From Myxococcota bacterium (GTDB lineage Bacteria; Myxococcota_A; SURF-8): 64,000 nucleotides of DNA. Positions 18,950-29,134 of this stretch are shown here, in pieces; within the stretch, counting starts at the first letter, position 1; the number at the start of each line of letters is the position of its first letter. The translations under genes and the position numbers were made by a program. The notes below the pieces were generated by a model, which was not told the origin of the DNA, did not search any database, and worked only from the letters and a program-made list of their open reading frames with translations. Location of the stretch: the NCBI GenBank assembly GCA_963674735.2, contig CAXXQS010000001.1, forward strand, positions 1,152,001-1,216,000. Direction: 5' to 3'.

Positions 18950-21900
18950 GATGGATGTGTCCTTGTTTTCTGCTGCGGCGGCTACGCGCAAGGAAACCGG
19001 CCAATATGATCAGACAAGCCAATCCGATCACCCCAACCAGCGTGTAATCGTTTTGCCTATCCGCGTTGGGCTTGGGATCGTCGGCTTTCTTGTCGAGCCG
19101 TTTGCCTGCGATGGGTTCGTGTCCCGGTTCGGCGGGATCGCTGGGAGTGGTGAGCTCCGCCGATTTCTCCCGATATTGCTTGAGCAGGGCATCCATCTCC
19201 GGGGTTTTCGGCGCGGACAGCGTCTCGTCGATAAAGGTCTCCAGTTTGTCGTTTCCGCCTTCGCGTACTCCGCTGGAACGCCCATGTTTGACCACGGATT
19301 CGGCATAGGCGGCCGTGATTTCCAGCCGTGTGGCGTCGTCCGCTTTCCAGAAATCTTTGCGGATGGTTTCCAGCAGGGTGACGGAAAGCTTTTGGAAGGC
19401 GTGGGGGTTGGTGGTGTCGAACCAGTGCCGCAGGCCGAGTTGATGGCGGTCGCGCAGGTAAACATCCGTAAGGTCGTTCCAGTTTGAATCGGCGATGCTG
19501 TCCTCGCGCATGATCTCCCAGCCCATAAGGTTGTCGATGTTTTTGGCGATGATATTGCCGCCCGCGTATCCCTCCTTTTGCATGCCTGCGATCCACTTGG
19601 GATTGGTTAGACGGGCACGGAAGTCTTTTTGCACCACCGCCCCCGAATCGACGATCTGCGCCTCGTCCGTATCGCGCACGTCGACGAATAAATAGTCCGG
19701 CTCTTTTCCGGTGAGATGCTTGATCGCCAGCGACAAGGTGCCGTCCACCCACCAGGCGAACTTGTTCGACAAAACGAAATCGCGGTTATCGTACCAGCTT
19801 TTCAGAATCAGATCGGTTCCCTGGATGGTCGAATCAAAGGCTTCGGGAGCCATATCGCCCCACGCCCCTTGTGTGTAAACGTGCTTCGAGTTTTGCAGGT
19901 AGACGTCCAGCAGGTCTTCGCGGTTTTCCCATTCGCCGGAGCGTTCGGTGAGATAGAAAAACCAGTTGTGAGCGTCGAGGATTTCATCCGGCTCCGCGCC
20001 GTACATGCGCGCCTTTGAAAGGGTTTGCGCCTTGGGAGAGGAGAAGCCTTTGGCTTCAAGCGCTTTGCGGGTGGCCTGGCTGTTTTGGTAGACGCGATTG
20101 TCCTTTTCGTTCAGGGACGCCACCAGGCGAATGGCTTTGTCTAAAAGCTTCATCAAAGACGGCAGCTCGTCGCGGTAGATACTGCGCGCCGACAGAAACA
20201 CATCGATGCGCGGACGGCCGAGTTCGGCTGCGGGAATCAGTTCCACGTCGCGCACGCGGTTCTTGGCGTCCCATGCCGGACGCACGCCGATCAGGTAGAG
20301 AATCTGCGATTCGATGATACCGAAATCGCTGTACGCGGCAAAGGGCACCAGGCTGAACGCGATTTTGCCGGGGTAGCGGCCCTTGGTGTCCAGCTCGTTT
20401 TGCAGATAATCCCGAATCAATTTCGTGCCCAGTTCCCAGGATGCGCGCGAGGGCAGCTCTTCCGGGTTCATCACGTACATGTTGCGGCCGGTGGGCACGA
20501 CGGACGGATTGCGCTCCGGGTTGCCCGAGGGCCCCGGCTCGATGAACTTCCCCTCCAAAGCCTCTAAAATACCGTCGATTTCCGGCGGCTGCTCAACAGT
20601 CCCGCATTCATTTCGACGGCGATCTGGAGGCTTTCCGCCACCTTTTGCGGAAGAGCGCCCTGCGGCAGATGCCCCCCGCAAGCCTTGACCGCGTCGGATG
20701 CCGACAAACCCTGCTTCAGCATCAGGGTCAGGATTTCCTTGCCTTTCTGCTTGAGGAAGGCGTCGTCGGGCGTGGGATTCTCAGGGGTTACGAACAGCGG
20801 CGCGGCGGTTTTCAGAAAGCGTTTTCCCATGCTGTAAACGAGGTAGGGAATGCGCAGATCATCGGCGGGCGGCTGACCCAGTACATGCATGCTGGCAGGG
20901 ATCAATTCGTTGCCCAGGTCGTGCAGATGCTTGGCGATCCGCTCGATCTCCGCCTCACCGAGCAAGGCTCCCGGGGCGAGTTGCAGATCCAGATCGCGAT
21001 CGAGTTTGCAGGCTTCCACTTGCCGGGTGACCGATTCGGCGAATTTCTTTTTCAAGGCCCCCGCGTCGAGTGCCTGGTACTTGTTGATCGAGGATTCCAG
21101 GTTCAGAAGCTCGTCCGACAGGCCCGCTTCCATCAGCGGAGGCGGCAGGAAATCAACGGTAACCGCTCGCGCCCGGCGTTTGCAGGGTAGAATTTCGGAG
21201 GTGTTGCTGGAGAGCCAGGGGTTGATGTTGGGCAGATCGCCGATAAGAATATCGCTCCAGTCGGCGCGCGAGAGCACCGCCTGCTTGCCCGGAAACAACC
21301 ACTCCGAGCCGTGCGAGCCGAAATGCACCAGGGCATCGGGTTTGAACGCATTCTGCAGCCAGAAATAGGTGGCCAGGTAGTGATGGGTGGGCGGCAGCAG
21401 GCTTTCGTCGGGGTCTTCCACTTTCAGCGAGGCGCTGATGGTTTCGCCCTTGGGAGGCTGGGTCAGCAAAACCGCGTTTCCCAGATCGAGCTTCGGCAGC
21501 ACCAGGAAGCGTTTGCCTTTGTGGGTCCACACCATGAATTCGCCGGGAACCGCGCCCCATTGCTTGACGACTTCCTTGCGTCGCCACTCGGGCACCTGTT
21601 CTTCGAACCAGGTTCGATACTGCTTTTCCGGTACCAGTATCGCATGCCCGCTACGGGCCAGTTTGTCGAGCGAACCCGGTTCCCAGGAGCCCATCTGGCG
21701 GCCATGATCCACGAGGCGGGCGATGAGGTCTTCCTCATTGGCGGGAATGTCTTTCAGCGTATAGCCCGTCTTTTGCAGCGCGTCGAGAAGGGCCAGCATG
21801 CTGCGCGGCGCATTGAGATTGTGCGCCGGACCGCTCATCAACCCGGCTTTGTCCGCTTCTCGATCGTAGGTGACGAGCGCGAGTTTCTTTTCTGCGGCCG

Positions 21901-22993
21901 GTATGCGCGACAACGCAATCCAGGCCTGGGCACGTCCGACGATGCGCCGAATGCGGTCGGGAATGGGCAGGATTTCCTCGCCGCCGTCGCCCCCGGATTC
22001 CGTGCCTCCGGCGGTGAGGCATTCGGTCGCGCCCTTCAATTCGGAGGAGGCGATTTGGTGGAACTGGGACGACTTGACCATGCCGGTCTGGTTGCTTTTG
22101 CGCCATTGATCGATGGATTCATGGGTGAACCAGAGCGCGTGCAACCGCGGGACACCAAGCTTTTTCCAGAAATCGGGGGTTTCCCGCGTGTGGGAGGTCA
22201 TGATGACCAGGTCGGGTTTGAATTCCGTGAGCCGTTTGGTGAACCCGGCATCGTCGGCCACCAGGCAAAGCGCCAGCATGCCGCGTTTTTCCAGCTCCCG
22301 CATCAGTGCATCGATCACTTTGGGTTGATGAAACAACACGTGGTGTCGCCACGAACCCAAGGCGACGCGCGGGGCCTGTCGGGTGTCCCAACCGTCTTTT
22401 GCCGCTCGTTCGAGAAAGTCCGGGATGTGGGCCAGCTGTGGGTATTTCGGGTGATACATCTTGATCGACGGCCCAGATCCCGGCGGCGAGACCACCCCAC
22501 TACGCCCCAGGTGGGTGATCAGGGTGTAACGGAGCATGTCCCGCATCGACTCTTTGGAAAGCCCGTAATAGGCGGCCATTTTGGGGTCGGTGTGGATATT
22601 TTCTTTGCCCACCCAGTCGGTCCAGGCCTCGCAGATCGGCGCCGGACCCACACAAAACACCTTGAGGTCGCTGTTTTTCGTCCGGGCGGCCTTCAGGCTC
22701 TGTTTGTATTGTTCTTTCAGATCCGGCGTGGCGAAAGACGTGATGATGACGTCGTAAGCGGCGAGGTCCGGCAGAGGCTCGCGTCTGAAACGCTCGGGCT
22801 TGAGCGACGTGACGGTTACATTCAACTCGTTTTCATAGGCCGACAGCGCCTGAACCGCGCCGCCCGCCATCCCGATGATGCCGAACGACACGGTCTTTTC
22901 TGCGGGAGTCTGGGCGGGGGCGGAAGGCGGAAACAGAAACAAAGCCAGGACAAAGAGCGTTACGGACAGAGTGGCTGTGTGGATCCATCGCAT
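18942..22993 (-). pseudogene. cobN: CobN/HmuS-like chelatase with signal peptide and C-terminal TM, interrupted by a 1-nt frameshift near 20580
   Basis: N part: PPTHHYLA.Y, HFGSHGSEW, CKRR; C part: PGPSGNP.RNP.VVPTGRN, RPRIDV, NPKWI; the frames switch at AGC AGC CGC CG GAA ATC. Confidence 0.85.
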
Positions 22994-23054
22994 GAGGTAT
23001 TCCTAAGTGGGAGCGTAAATAATGTTTCGCTTCCTCGACAAAACCCATTGTTCG

Positions 23055-25244
23055 CTAGAAGTTCAGCGCAACCGATCCGTTGACCAGGATACCCGGCGAT
23101 TCGGACGGCACATTGGGCACGCTGTATACGTCGTACTTCGTGTTGAGCATGTTTTCGAAGCTCAGTTTCCAATTGATCATATCGATTACGGAGCCGCTCA
23201 CGCCCAGATCGAGCGAAATGTAATCGTGCATTTTCGTGGCCTGGGTGTTGACCAGATCCGTGAACCGCTCGCCCTCATAGCGGGCGCTCAGATCGATGGC
23301 GATCCATTTCAGGTATTGGAATTGCACACCGAGACGGCCGCGATGCTGCGGCTCGAAGGGCAGGTGATTGTCTTCGATGGTCGGATCGGCTTCGTCCTTG
23401 ACGATCGTCGAATGATTGAAGGTGTAACCGCCGTACAAGGTCCACATCTTGTTGATATCGTAGCGCAACTCGCCGTCGAGCCCCATCACCTGAACGTCGG
23501 TTATGTTGTCCATTCGATTCACATTGACGTCGATGGTGCGTGAGCCGATGAAGTCTTGGCCACGGGTGTAATAGCCGGTTACGCGTCCGAGGAAGTTGTG
23601 CAAAATCCATTGATCCAGGCCGACTTCCGCCGACCACGCGCTTTCCGGGTCGAGTTTCGGGTTGCTGTAGAGCAGCATCGGACCACGGGTGAAAACGGTG
23701 TACAACTCGAACAGGGTCGGGGCGGCGAAGGAACGTCCGACGGAGGCGCGCAGAGTGGTCAAATCGGCGTAGCGGTACACAAAGGCCAGCTTGGGATTGA
23801 TGGCCACCCAGGAACGGTCCTGATACGTTTCATCCACCGGCGCATAAGGGCCGGGGCTCGTATCGGAGCTTTCGCCGTCACCGCTTCTGAAATAATCGAC
23901 GCGCAAGCCGGGAGTCAGCAGAATCGTGTGTTCATCGATATGGAAATCCATTTCGTCCTGGGCGAAAAGCGAGGCGCTTAAATTGTTGCCTTTCGCTTTC
24001 CCTTTGCGCTCGACCAGATCGTATTCGTTGTGTTTGTCCATCGTCGAATAGGCCGAGTCGATGCCGACGGTCAGGGTGTTGAAGTCGGCGACCTTGAAGT
24101 CCACCTTGAAAAGCTGGCCGAATTTCTTCGATTCGTCGAATTCGGTGTGATCGTGCAGGGTGTAGTCCGGCCGCGCGCCCAGGTCGACTTCGCGCCACAG
24201 AAAATGTCCGTAGAGGGTGGCGGTCAGATCGATGCGGTTGCCCATCTCCCGTTCGTAGGTCAAGTTGGTGGTCAGAGTGGTGTTGTTCTGGTTGTCGGTT
24301 TGAATGCCTCGGCTGAAGTCTTCGTTGACGAAGCTCAACCCGAGGGTGAGCGTGGAGCGGTCGTCCGGCATCACGTAGGCTTTACCGAAAAGGCTGAGGT
24401 CGGTACGCGCGTTTTTCACGTGATAGGCTTCGGGCTCTTTGGCTTGAATATAACCTTTTGTTTTGTACAGGTTTGCGCCGAGCGAGTAGCCGCCTTTTTC
24501 AAACATGCCCGCCTGCAGCAAGGTGGCGGTGTAGGTGTCCAGGCTGCCGTAACCGCCCTTCAACGTGGTTTCGTTTTCCGTTCGTGGTTTGTGGGAAATC
24601 AGATTGATTACGCCCCCCATCGCACCGGAGCCGTACAAAGCCGACATGGGACCGCGAACGATTTCGATCCGTTCCAGTGCTTCCGGCGGCATCAGCGACC
24701 AGTTGACCGCGCCGGTGACGCCGTCGTTCACCGGGACGCCGTCCAACAAGATCAGGGTGCGTTTTTGCTCGTGGATCCCGCGCAGTGTGATGTCGCGGCC
24801 GGGACCGCACTCGGCTACATGCTGGCGGGAATAAGAAATGCTGGGGATGCGCTTGAGAAAATCATCCACCGTTTTTTCGGGGGCTTGTTGCAGCTCGTCT
24901 TTGCCGATGACCGTCACCATGGCCGGAGCGTCTTTCCAGGAGGACTTGCGGCGATTGGCCGTCACCACGATTTCGTCCAGGGCGGCGCTGCTGTCCGGTT
25001 GCGCGGCGGACGGTTCGCTGCTTTCCGGGTCGGTCGCCTGCTCGGCTGGCTCGGAAGCTGCAGCGGGCGGGTCAATCGCGGTATCGCTCGATGCCGTCTG
25101 CGGCGCTACATCAGCGGAAGTGGCCGGGACCACCGGTGTCGATGGGGTATCGGTATCCGCTTCCTGTGCGCCAAGGGTGTAAGGAGCCATGAAAAGGATG
25201 AGTAAAATAAGAACCGGTCTTAAAGGGCTGAACGTGTGATACAT
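23055..25244 (-). CDS. TonB-dependent receptor
   Basis: TonB box EIVVTANR, plug RIEIVRGPMSALYGSGAMGGVIN, C-terminal Phe. Confidence 0.95.
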   Translation of the reverse strand: MYHTFSPLRPVLILLILFMAPYTLGAQEADTDTPSTPVVPATSADVAPQTASSDTAIDPPAAASEPAEQATDPESSEPSAAQPDSSAALDEIVVTANRRKSSWKDAPAMVTVIGKDELQQAPEKTVDDFLKRIPSISYSRQHVAECGPGRDITLRGIHEQKRTLILLDGVPVNDGVTGAVNWSLMPPEALERIEIVRGPMSALYGSGAMGGVINLISHKPRTENETTLKGGYGSLDTYTATLLQAGMFEKGGYSLGANLYKTKGYIQAKEPEAYHVKNARTDLSLFGKAYVMPDDRSTLTLGLSFVNEDFSRGIQTDNQNNTTLTTNLTYEREMGNRIDLTATLYGHFLWREVDLGARPDYTLHDHTEFDESKKFGQLFKVDFKVADFNTLTVGIDSAYSTMDKHNEYDLVERKGKAKGNNLSASLFAQDEMDFHIDEHTILLTPGLRVDYFRSGDGESSDTSPGPYAPVDETYQDRSWVAINPKLAFVYRYADLTTLRASVGRSFAAPTLFELYTVFTRGPMLLYSNPKLDPESAWSAEVGLDQWILHNFLGRVTGYYTRGQDFIGSRTIDVNVNRMDNITDVQVMGLDGELRYDINKMWTLYGGYTFNHSTIVKDEADPTIEDNHLPFEPQHRGRLGVQFQYLKWIAIDLSARYEGERFTDLVNTQATKMHDYISLDLGVSGSVIDMINWKLSFENMLNTKYDVYSVPNVPSESPGILVNGSVALNF

Positions 25245-25539
25245 CTTACATTCTCTTTTCTTGAAAATGATGCGAAGGGCGTGATTACTACCTAAAAAGC
25301 GGCTTACATTCGTTTACCCGGAGAGCAATAGTCAGAAATCGACCGATTGTCCAATTAATATTTCTTAAGTATTTCGCCTGGAATATTCTGGAAAGGGGTA
25401 TTGAAAAACGGAAAGGCAAGAAAATCGATCAGGTTCGGATTCGGCCTTGACACGGTGGTGAAAACCCTATAGATATGCTCGGCCGTGAAGGCGGCCAGTG
25501 CGGGACGGTGCGGCGGGAATTTTCATGCAGGAGACGAAA

Positions 25540-26376
25540 ATGGCAACTTGGATGATTCTCAAACGCGGAACGGCCATTTTGCTGGGGACGGCCCTGATCG
25601 GCTTCGGCATCAATTACTTAAACATCGCCAATAACCTGGCGGAAGGCGGCGTGACGGGGCTGAGCATTTTGATCAAGCTCGCGCTCAACGTCAATCCCGG
25701 CCTATCGGTGATCCTCATCAATATTCCCTTGTTCGTGCTGGGATATATGTTTCTGGGCGCGCGCGATATGGCCTGGACCATCTACGGGACGCTGTGCTTG
25801 TCGGGGGCTTTGTGGCTGTTCGACGGTTACCGCCTGCCGATGGACGATCTGCTGCTGACCGCCGCTTACGCCGGAGCCTGCATGGGGCTTGGGTTGGGCG
25901 TCATCTTCAGAAACGGCGGAACCACCGGTGGCGTCGATATCATTGCACGGATCGTCAACAAGCGTTTCGGGATCGGCATGGGCGTGTCGATGTTTTACGC
26001 CGATCTCGTGGTGATGGGGATTTCGCTGATCTATCTCACGCAGGCGCAAGTCATGTATACTCTTGTAGCCGTCTTTATCGGCGCGCGCGTGGTCGACGTG
26101 GTGCAGCAGGGGGCCTATCGCGCGAAGGCGGTGACGGTCGTGAGCGAATGCGAAGAGAAAATTGCCGAAGGCATCATGAAGGAATTGAATCGGGGTGTGA
26201 CGATCATGAAAAGTATGGGCGGCTACACCCGGAAAGAACGCGGATTTTTATATGTCGTGTGTTCGCGCAGTCAGATCGTGCGCGTAAAAAACCTCATATA
26301 CGAACGCGATCCGCGTGCCTTCGTCACCGTAACCGACGTGCACGAGGTGATCGGCGAGGGGTTCCGACGAGCCTGA
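25540..26376 (+). CDS. YitT family membrane protein (with DUF2179)
   Basis: GGVTG, NIPLF, GGTTGGVDIIA, RGVT...GGYT, DPRAFVTV.DV.EVIGEGF. Confidence 0.92.
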   Translation: MATWMILKRGTAILLGTALIGFGINYLNIANNLAEGGVTGLSILIKLALNVNPGLSVILINIPLFVLGYMFLGARDMAWTIYGTLCLSGALWLFDGYRLPMDDLLLTAAYAGACMGLGLGVIFRNGGTTGGVDIIARIVNKRFGIGMGVSMFYADLVVMGISLIYLTQAQVMYTLVAVFIGARVVDVVQQGAYRAKAVTVVSECEEKIAEGIMKELNRGVTIMKSMGGYTRKERGFLYVVCSRSQIVRVKNLIYERDPRAFVTVTDVHEVIGEGFRRA

Positions 26377-27000
26377 AAATGGTCCCAAAATGGGTGAAAA
26401 TACCGGGTAGTGACCTTGTAACCTTCCGGAATAACTCCGTAATACGCGAATTCACGCGCTTCCGCGCCGCTCGTCTCAGTAACGTCTTGCTGGAATCTGC
26501 AATAAAATAATGATATCAAGGAGATAGGACTCCTAAATAGGGAGTCCTAACAAGTCGTAATAGTATAATATACTGACTATAGCAATTGCGCGGACCTCGA
26601 ATCGCTTTTCGGCCGAGCGGCATCGCAACCCGGACATGTTTTTCCGGCTCGCTCTGTGCGCTTCAACTAGCTGAAGTTACGAGTGAAAATCGTTTCGACT
26701 GGTTTGGACAGACCGTTTGGCGTGTCGGGTCGAGGTCGGAAAGAGGAGGCGGATCGCTCACCTGCGTGTGACGTATTACGGCAAGTATACTATTCCCATC
26801 TGAAAATCACCTCCCGGAAAATGATGGGGCGAAAAAACGTAATGATTTCGCGAAAAGACCCGCGAGCGCATCGAGCGTATCGAGCGCATGGAGCGACCGG
26901 ATCGCGTTCGAGCGAAAGAAGAGACATCGAGCGCATCGAGCGTATCGAGACGCGTCGGAAGAGGGGAGCAGTCGTTCGGGTTTGCGTGACATAAACGAAG

Positions 27001-27028
27001 AAAGGGCCCCCCGGATGGGAGGCCCTTT
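27001..27028 (-). terminator. Terminator of the 27051-27578 lipoprotein gene
   Basis: AAAGGGCCCCCC-ggat-GGGAGGCCCTTT hairpin. Confidence 0.7.
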
Positions 27029-27050
27029 GAGTGCCGGATTGGCTCGACTG

Positions 27051-27578
27051 TTAGTCGATGGTCAGCATGCATTTCTGTGCATCGGTGTCACAGGAAGCGG
27101 TGCGGGCGGGTTTGTCGGGATCGTCGCAGGTCTCGAGGCCGTCGCAGTCGTCGTCGCTCGTGCAATCGATCTCGGCGCAGGCGCCGTATTTGACGGTGTT
27201 CATCTCGTAGGTGCCGGCACAATCCTGGTTGAAGTCGCCGTCCATGCAGACGTCGGCCACTTCGAGGGAGCAGAACGCTTCGCCTTCATCGTCGCCGCAC
27301 ATCGAGATGCCGAGGCAGTCCGCGTCTTCGACGCATTCCGGCTCGTCGCCGTCAGGATCGTCGCCATCGGGATCGTCGCCGTCAGGATCGTCGCCATCGG
27401 CCGCTTCGGCAACACAAACGTCTTCTTCGTTGCACATCAGGCCGTCGTTGCAGGTGCCGTCTTCGAGGCACGCGCCGCCTTCGGCACCGGCTTCGATTTC
27501 TTCATCGTCGTCGCCGCAGGCAACCAGAAGAACCATCGTCGCCAACAGAGCCATCATGATCAAAAGTGCTTTCTTCAT
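27051..27578 (-). CDS. Cys-rich acidic lipoprotein with DGDDP repeats
   Basis: Lipobox LVAC, (DGDDP)x3, many Cys; AAGGAG RBS. Confidence 0.8.
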   Translation of the reverse strand: MKKALLIMMALLATMVLLVACGDDDEEIEAGAEGGACLEDGTCNDGLMCNEEDVCVAEAADGDDPDGDDPDGDDPDGDEPECVEDADCLGISMCGDDEGEAFCSLEVADVCMDGDFNQDCAGTYEMNTVKYGACAEIDCTSDDDCDGLETCDDPDKPARTASCDTDAQKCMLTID

Positions 27579-27826
27579 CGTTTCTTTCTCCTTTGCTGAA
27601 TACAATGTGCCAAAACTTGGTTTTCAACACCCCTCGTCTCAAACCAAAAACCCAGTAGCCGAAAATGCACCTTGATTCCCGCGATTCTTGAAAATCGGGG
27701 GAAAGGTTTTATTCCCTACATCCGTAACCTATTTGGTTGTCGATATATTTTCAGTTTCTCGCCAATGCGAGAGTCCGTGAAGTCATGATTCCAAAACCGG
27801 CGATCGTCTTCCGAAATTCCCGAAAA

Positions 27827-28858
27827 CTAAGGCCGGTGGTCGGTTTTCAAAGACCCTTCGTCGGAACGTTCATGCTCGAGTTGCTCAATACGTTGCCGCG
27901 AAGCCGCGTCTTGGGTCAAATTAATATTGACCCCCTCCTCCTGTAAAAATCGTCTAACTACCAGCTCATCGATATTTAATAGCCTTTGGAGCAAAATGTC
28001 AAGACTTTTCAGAATATTTTCCACGCGTTCGCCCGATCCGCCGAGCCGTTCGGCGAGGGGCAAAAGACGATCCAGGGCTTGATCGAGTTTCGCGTAAGTG
28101 GCCGGAATCTTTTCGATTGTGCCGATGGGTACCGCTTGCGCGATCCGGTCGAGACGTTTCAGGGTGGCGTCGGCCTGGGCCAGCAGCGCCGGGGCGCGTT
28201 TGGAGGCCGTGAGGCTCAAATCGTCGAGCCTTGACGCGATGCGTCCAAGGCGCGCTTCGTTACCGGCAATCAGCCGGTTGGTCTGGCCGAGCAATTCGTC
28301 GGTGCGGTCGATGATGCGTTCGAGGGTTTCGCGTTTGTTGCCGCCGGTTTCGTTGAGCGTTTTCAAGAGTGTTTCGAGTTCGCCCAAAACCGCCTGCAGC
28401 TTGGGCGCCATGGGGTCGAGCTGCTCGAAAAAGGGACGCAACGCGGCGAAGACTTCGTCCATTTCCACCGGCGTTTCGGTGAGCGTGAGGCGTTCGCCGC
28501 CGACCAGCAGCGGAGCTTCGGGGCTTTGCGGAACCAGCTCGACGTATTTTTCGCCCAAAAGATTCTTGGCGCGGATGCGCACGCGGGCGTCTTGGCGCAG
28601 GCCCGCTTCCGATTGAATGCTCATCGCCACCACGGCGCGATTGTGCTCGACGCGGATGGTCTCCACCATGCCGATGGGCACGCCCGCCACCATGACGTAA
28701 TTGTCGGGGACCAGCCCGGAGGCGGACGCGAAAACCGCTTCCACCTCGATATGGCGCGCGGCGCTGCGACCGCCCACCGCGTGGTACATATAGATCAACA
28801 GGCCGACCACCAGCAGGAAAAACAGGCCGAGCCAGACTTCGTTACGAAAGCGTTTCAT
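27827..28858 (-). CDS. MlaD/MCE family protein
   Basis: N-terminal TM, ASGL....V..AGVPIG.V, LLGEKYVEL.P, helical tail. Confidence 0.9.
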   Translation of the reverse strand: MKRFRNEVWLGLFFLLVVGLLIYMYHAVGGRSAARHIEVEAVFASASGLVPDNYVMVAGVPIGMVETIRVEHNRAVVAMSIQSEAGLRQDARVRIRAKNLLGEKYVELVPQSPEAPLLVGGERLTLTETPVEMDEVFAALRPFFEQLDPMAPKLQAVLGELETLLKTLNETGGNKRETLERIIDRTDELLGQTNRLIAGNEARLGRIASRLDDLSLTASKRAPALLAQADATLKRLDRIAQAVPIGTIEKIPATYAKLDQALDRLLPLAERLGGSGERVENILKSLDILLQRLLNIDELVVRRFLQEEGVNINLTQDAASRQRIEQLEHERSDEGSLKTDHRP

Positions 28859-28946
28859 CGCCGTGTGTCCCTTATCACTCACCAAAGGCAGTCAGCTTAC
28901 GAAGTCCCGCGCCGGATGACAAGGTTTTTATGAGGGGGGGATTTTG

Positions 28947-28989
28947 CCCTCTCCTTGGGGAGAGGGTCCGCGACAGCGGATGGGTGAGG
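28947..28989. repeat. REP-like palindrome
   Basis: CCCTCTCC-ttgg-GGAGAGGG...GGGTGAGG. Confidence 0.55.
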
Positions 28990-29134
28990 TTTTTTAATGG
29001 ATTACTTCTTGCTCAAATTGGCGTGACGATTGTTTTGGCATATGAGGCGGGTGACCGTGGCACCCCCTTGTTTCGTTCGGCCTTTAAAGACCGGCCACCC
29101 GACCAACTACTGACGTATACTGCGCCTGATCGTG

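Noticed and set aside
21311-25205. Long antisense ORFs (e.g. 21311-23083, 24030-25205; also 13652-14980, 42111-43211, 58557-59765)
   Set aside because: Shadow frames of well-supported genes in high-GC DNA with no protein motifs
25245-25500. Cobalamin riboswitch or NikR/Fur box upstream of the TonB receptor
   Set aside because: No B12-box elements recognised; GTGATT-N15-GCTTAC is too weak a dyad to call
26550-26582. Chromosomal dif site
   Set aside because: AT-rich dyad but no XerD arm (TTATGTTAAAT-like)
27597-27612. Sigma54 promoter TGGCAC upstream of the lipoprotein gene (minus strand)
   Set aside because: The -12 element lacks GC and the predicted start would exclude the RBS
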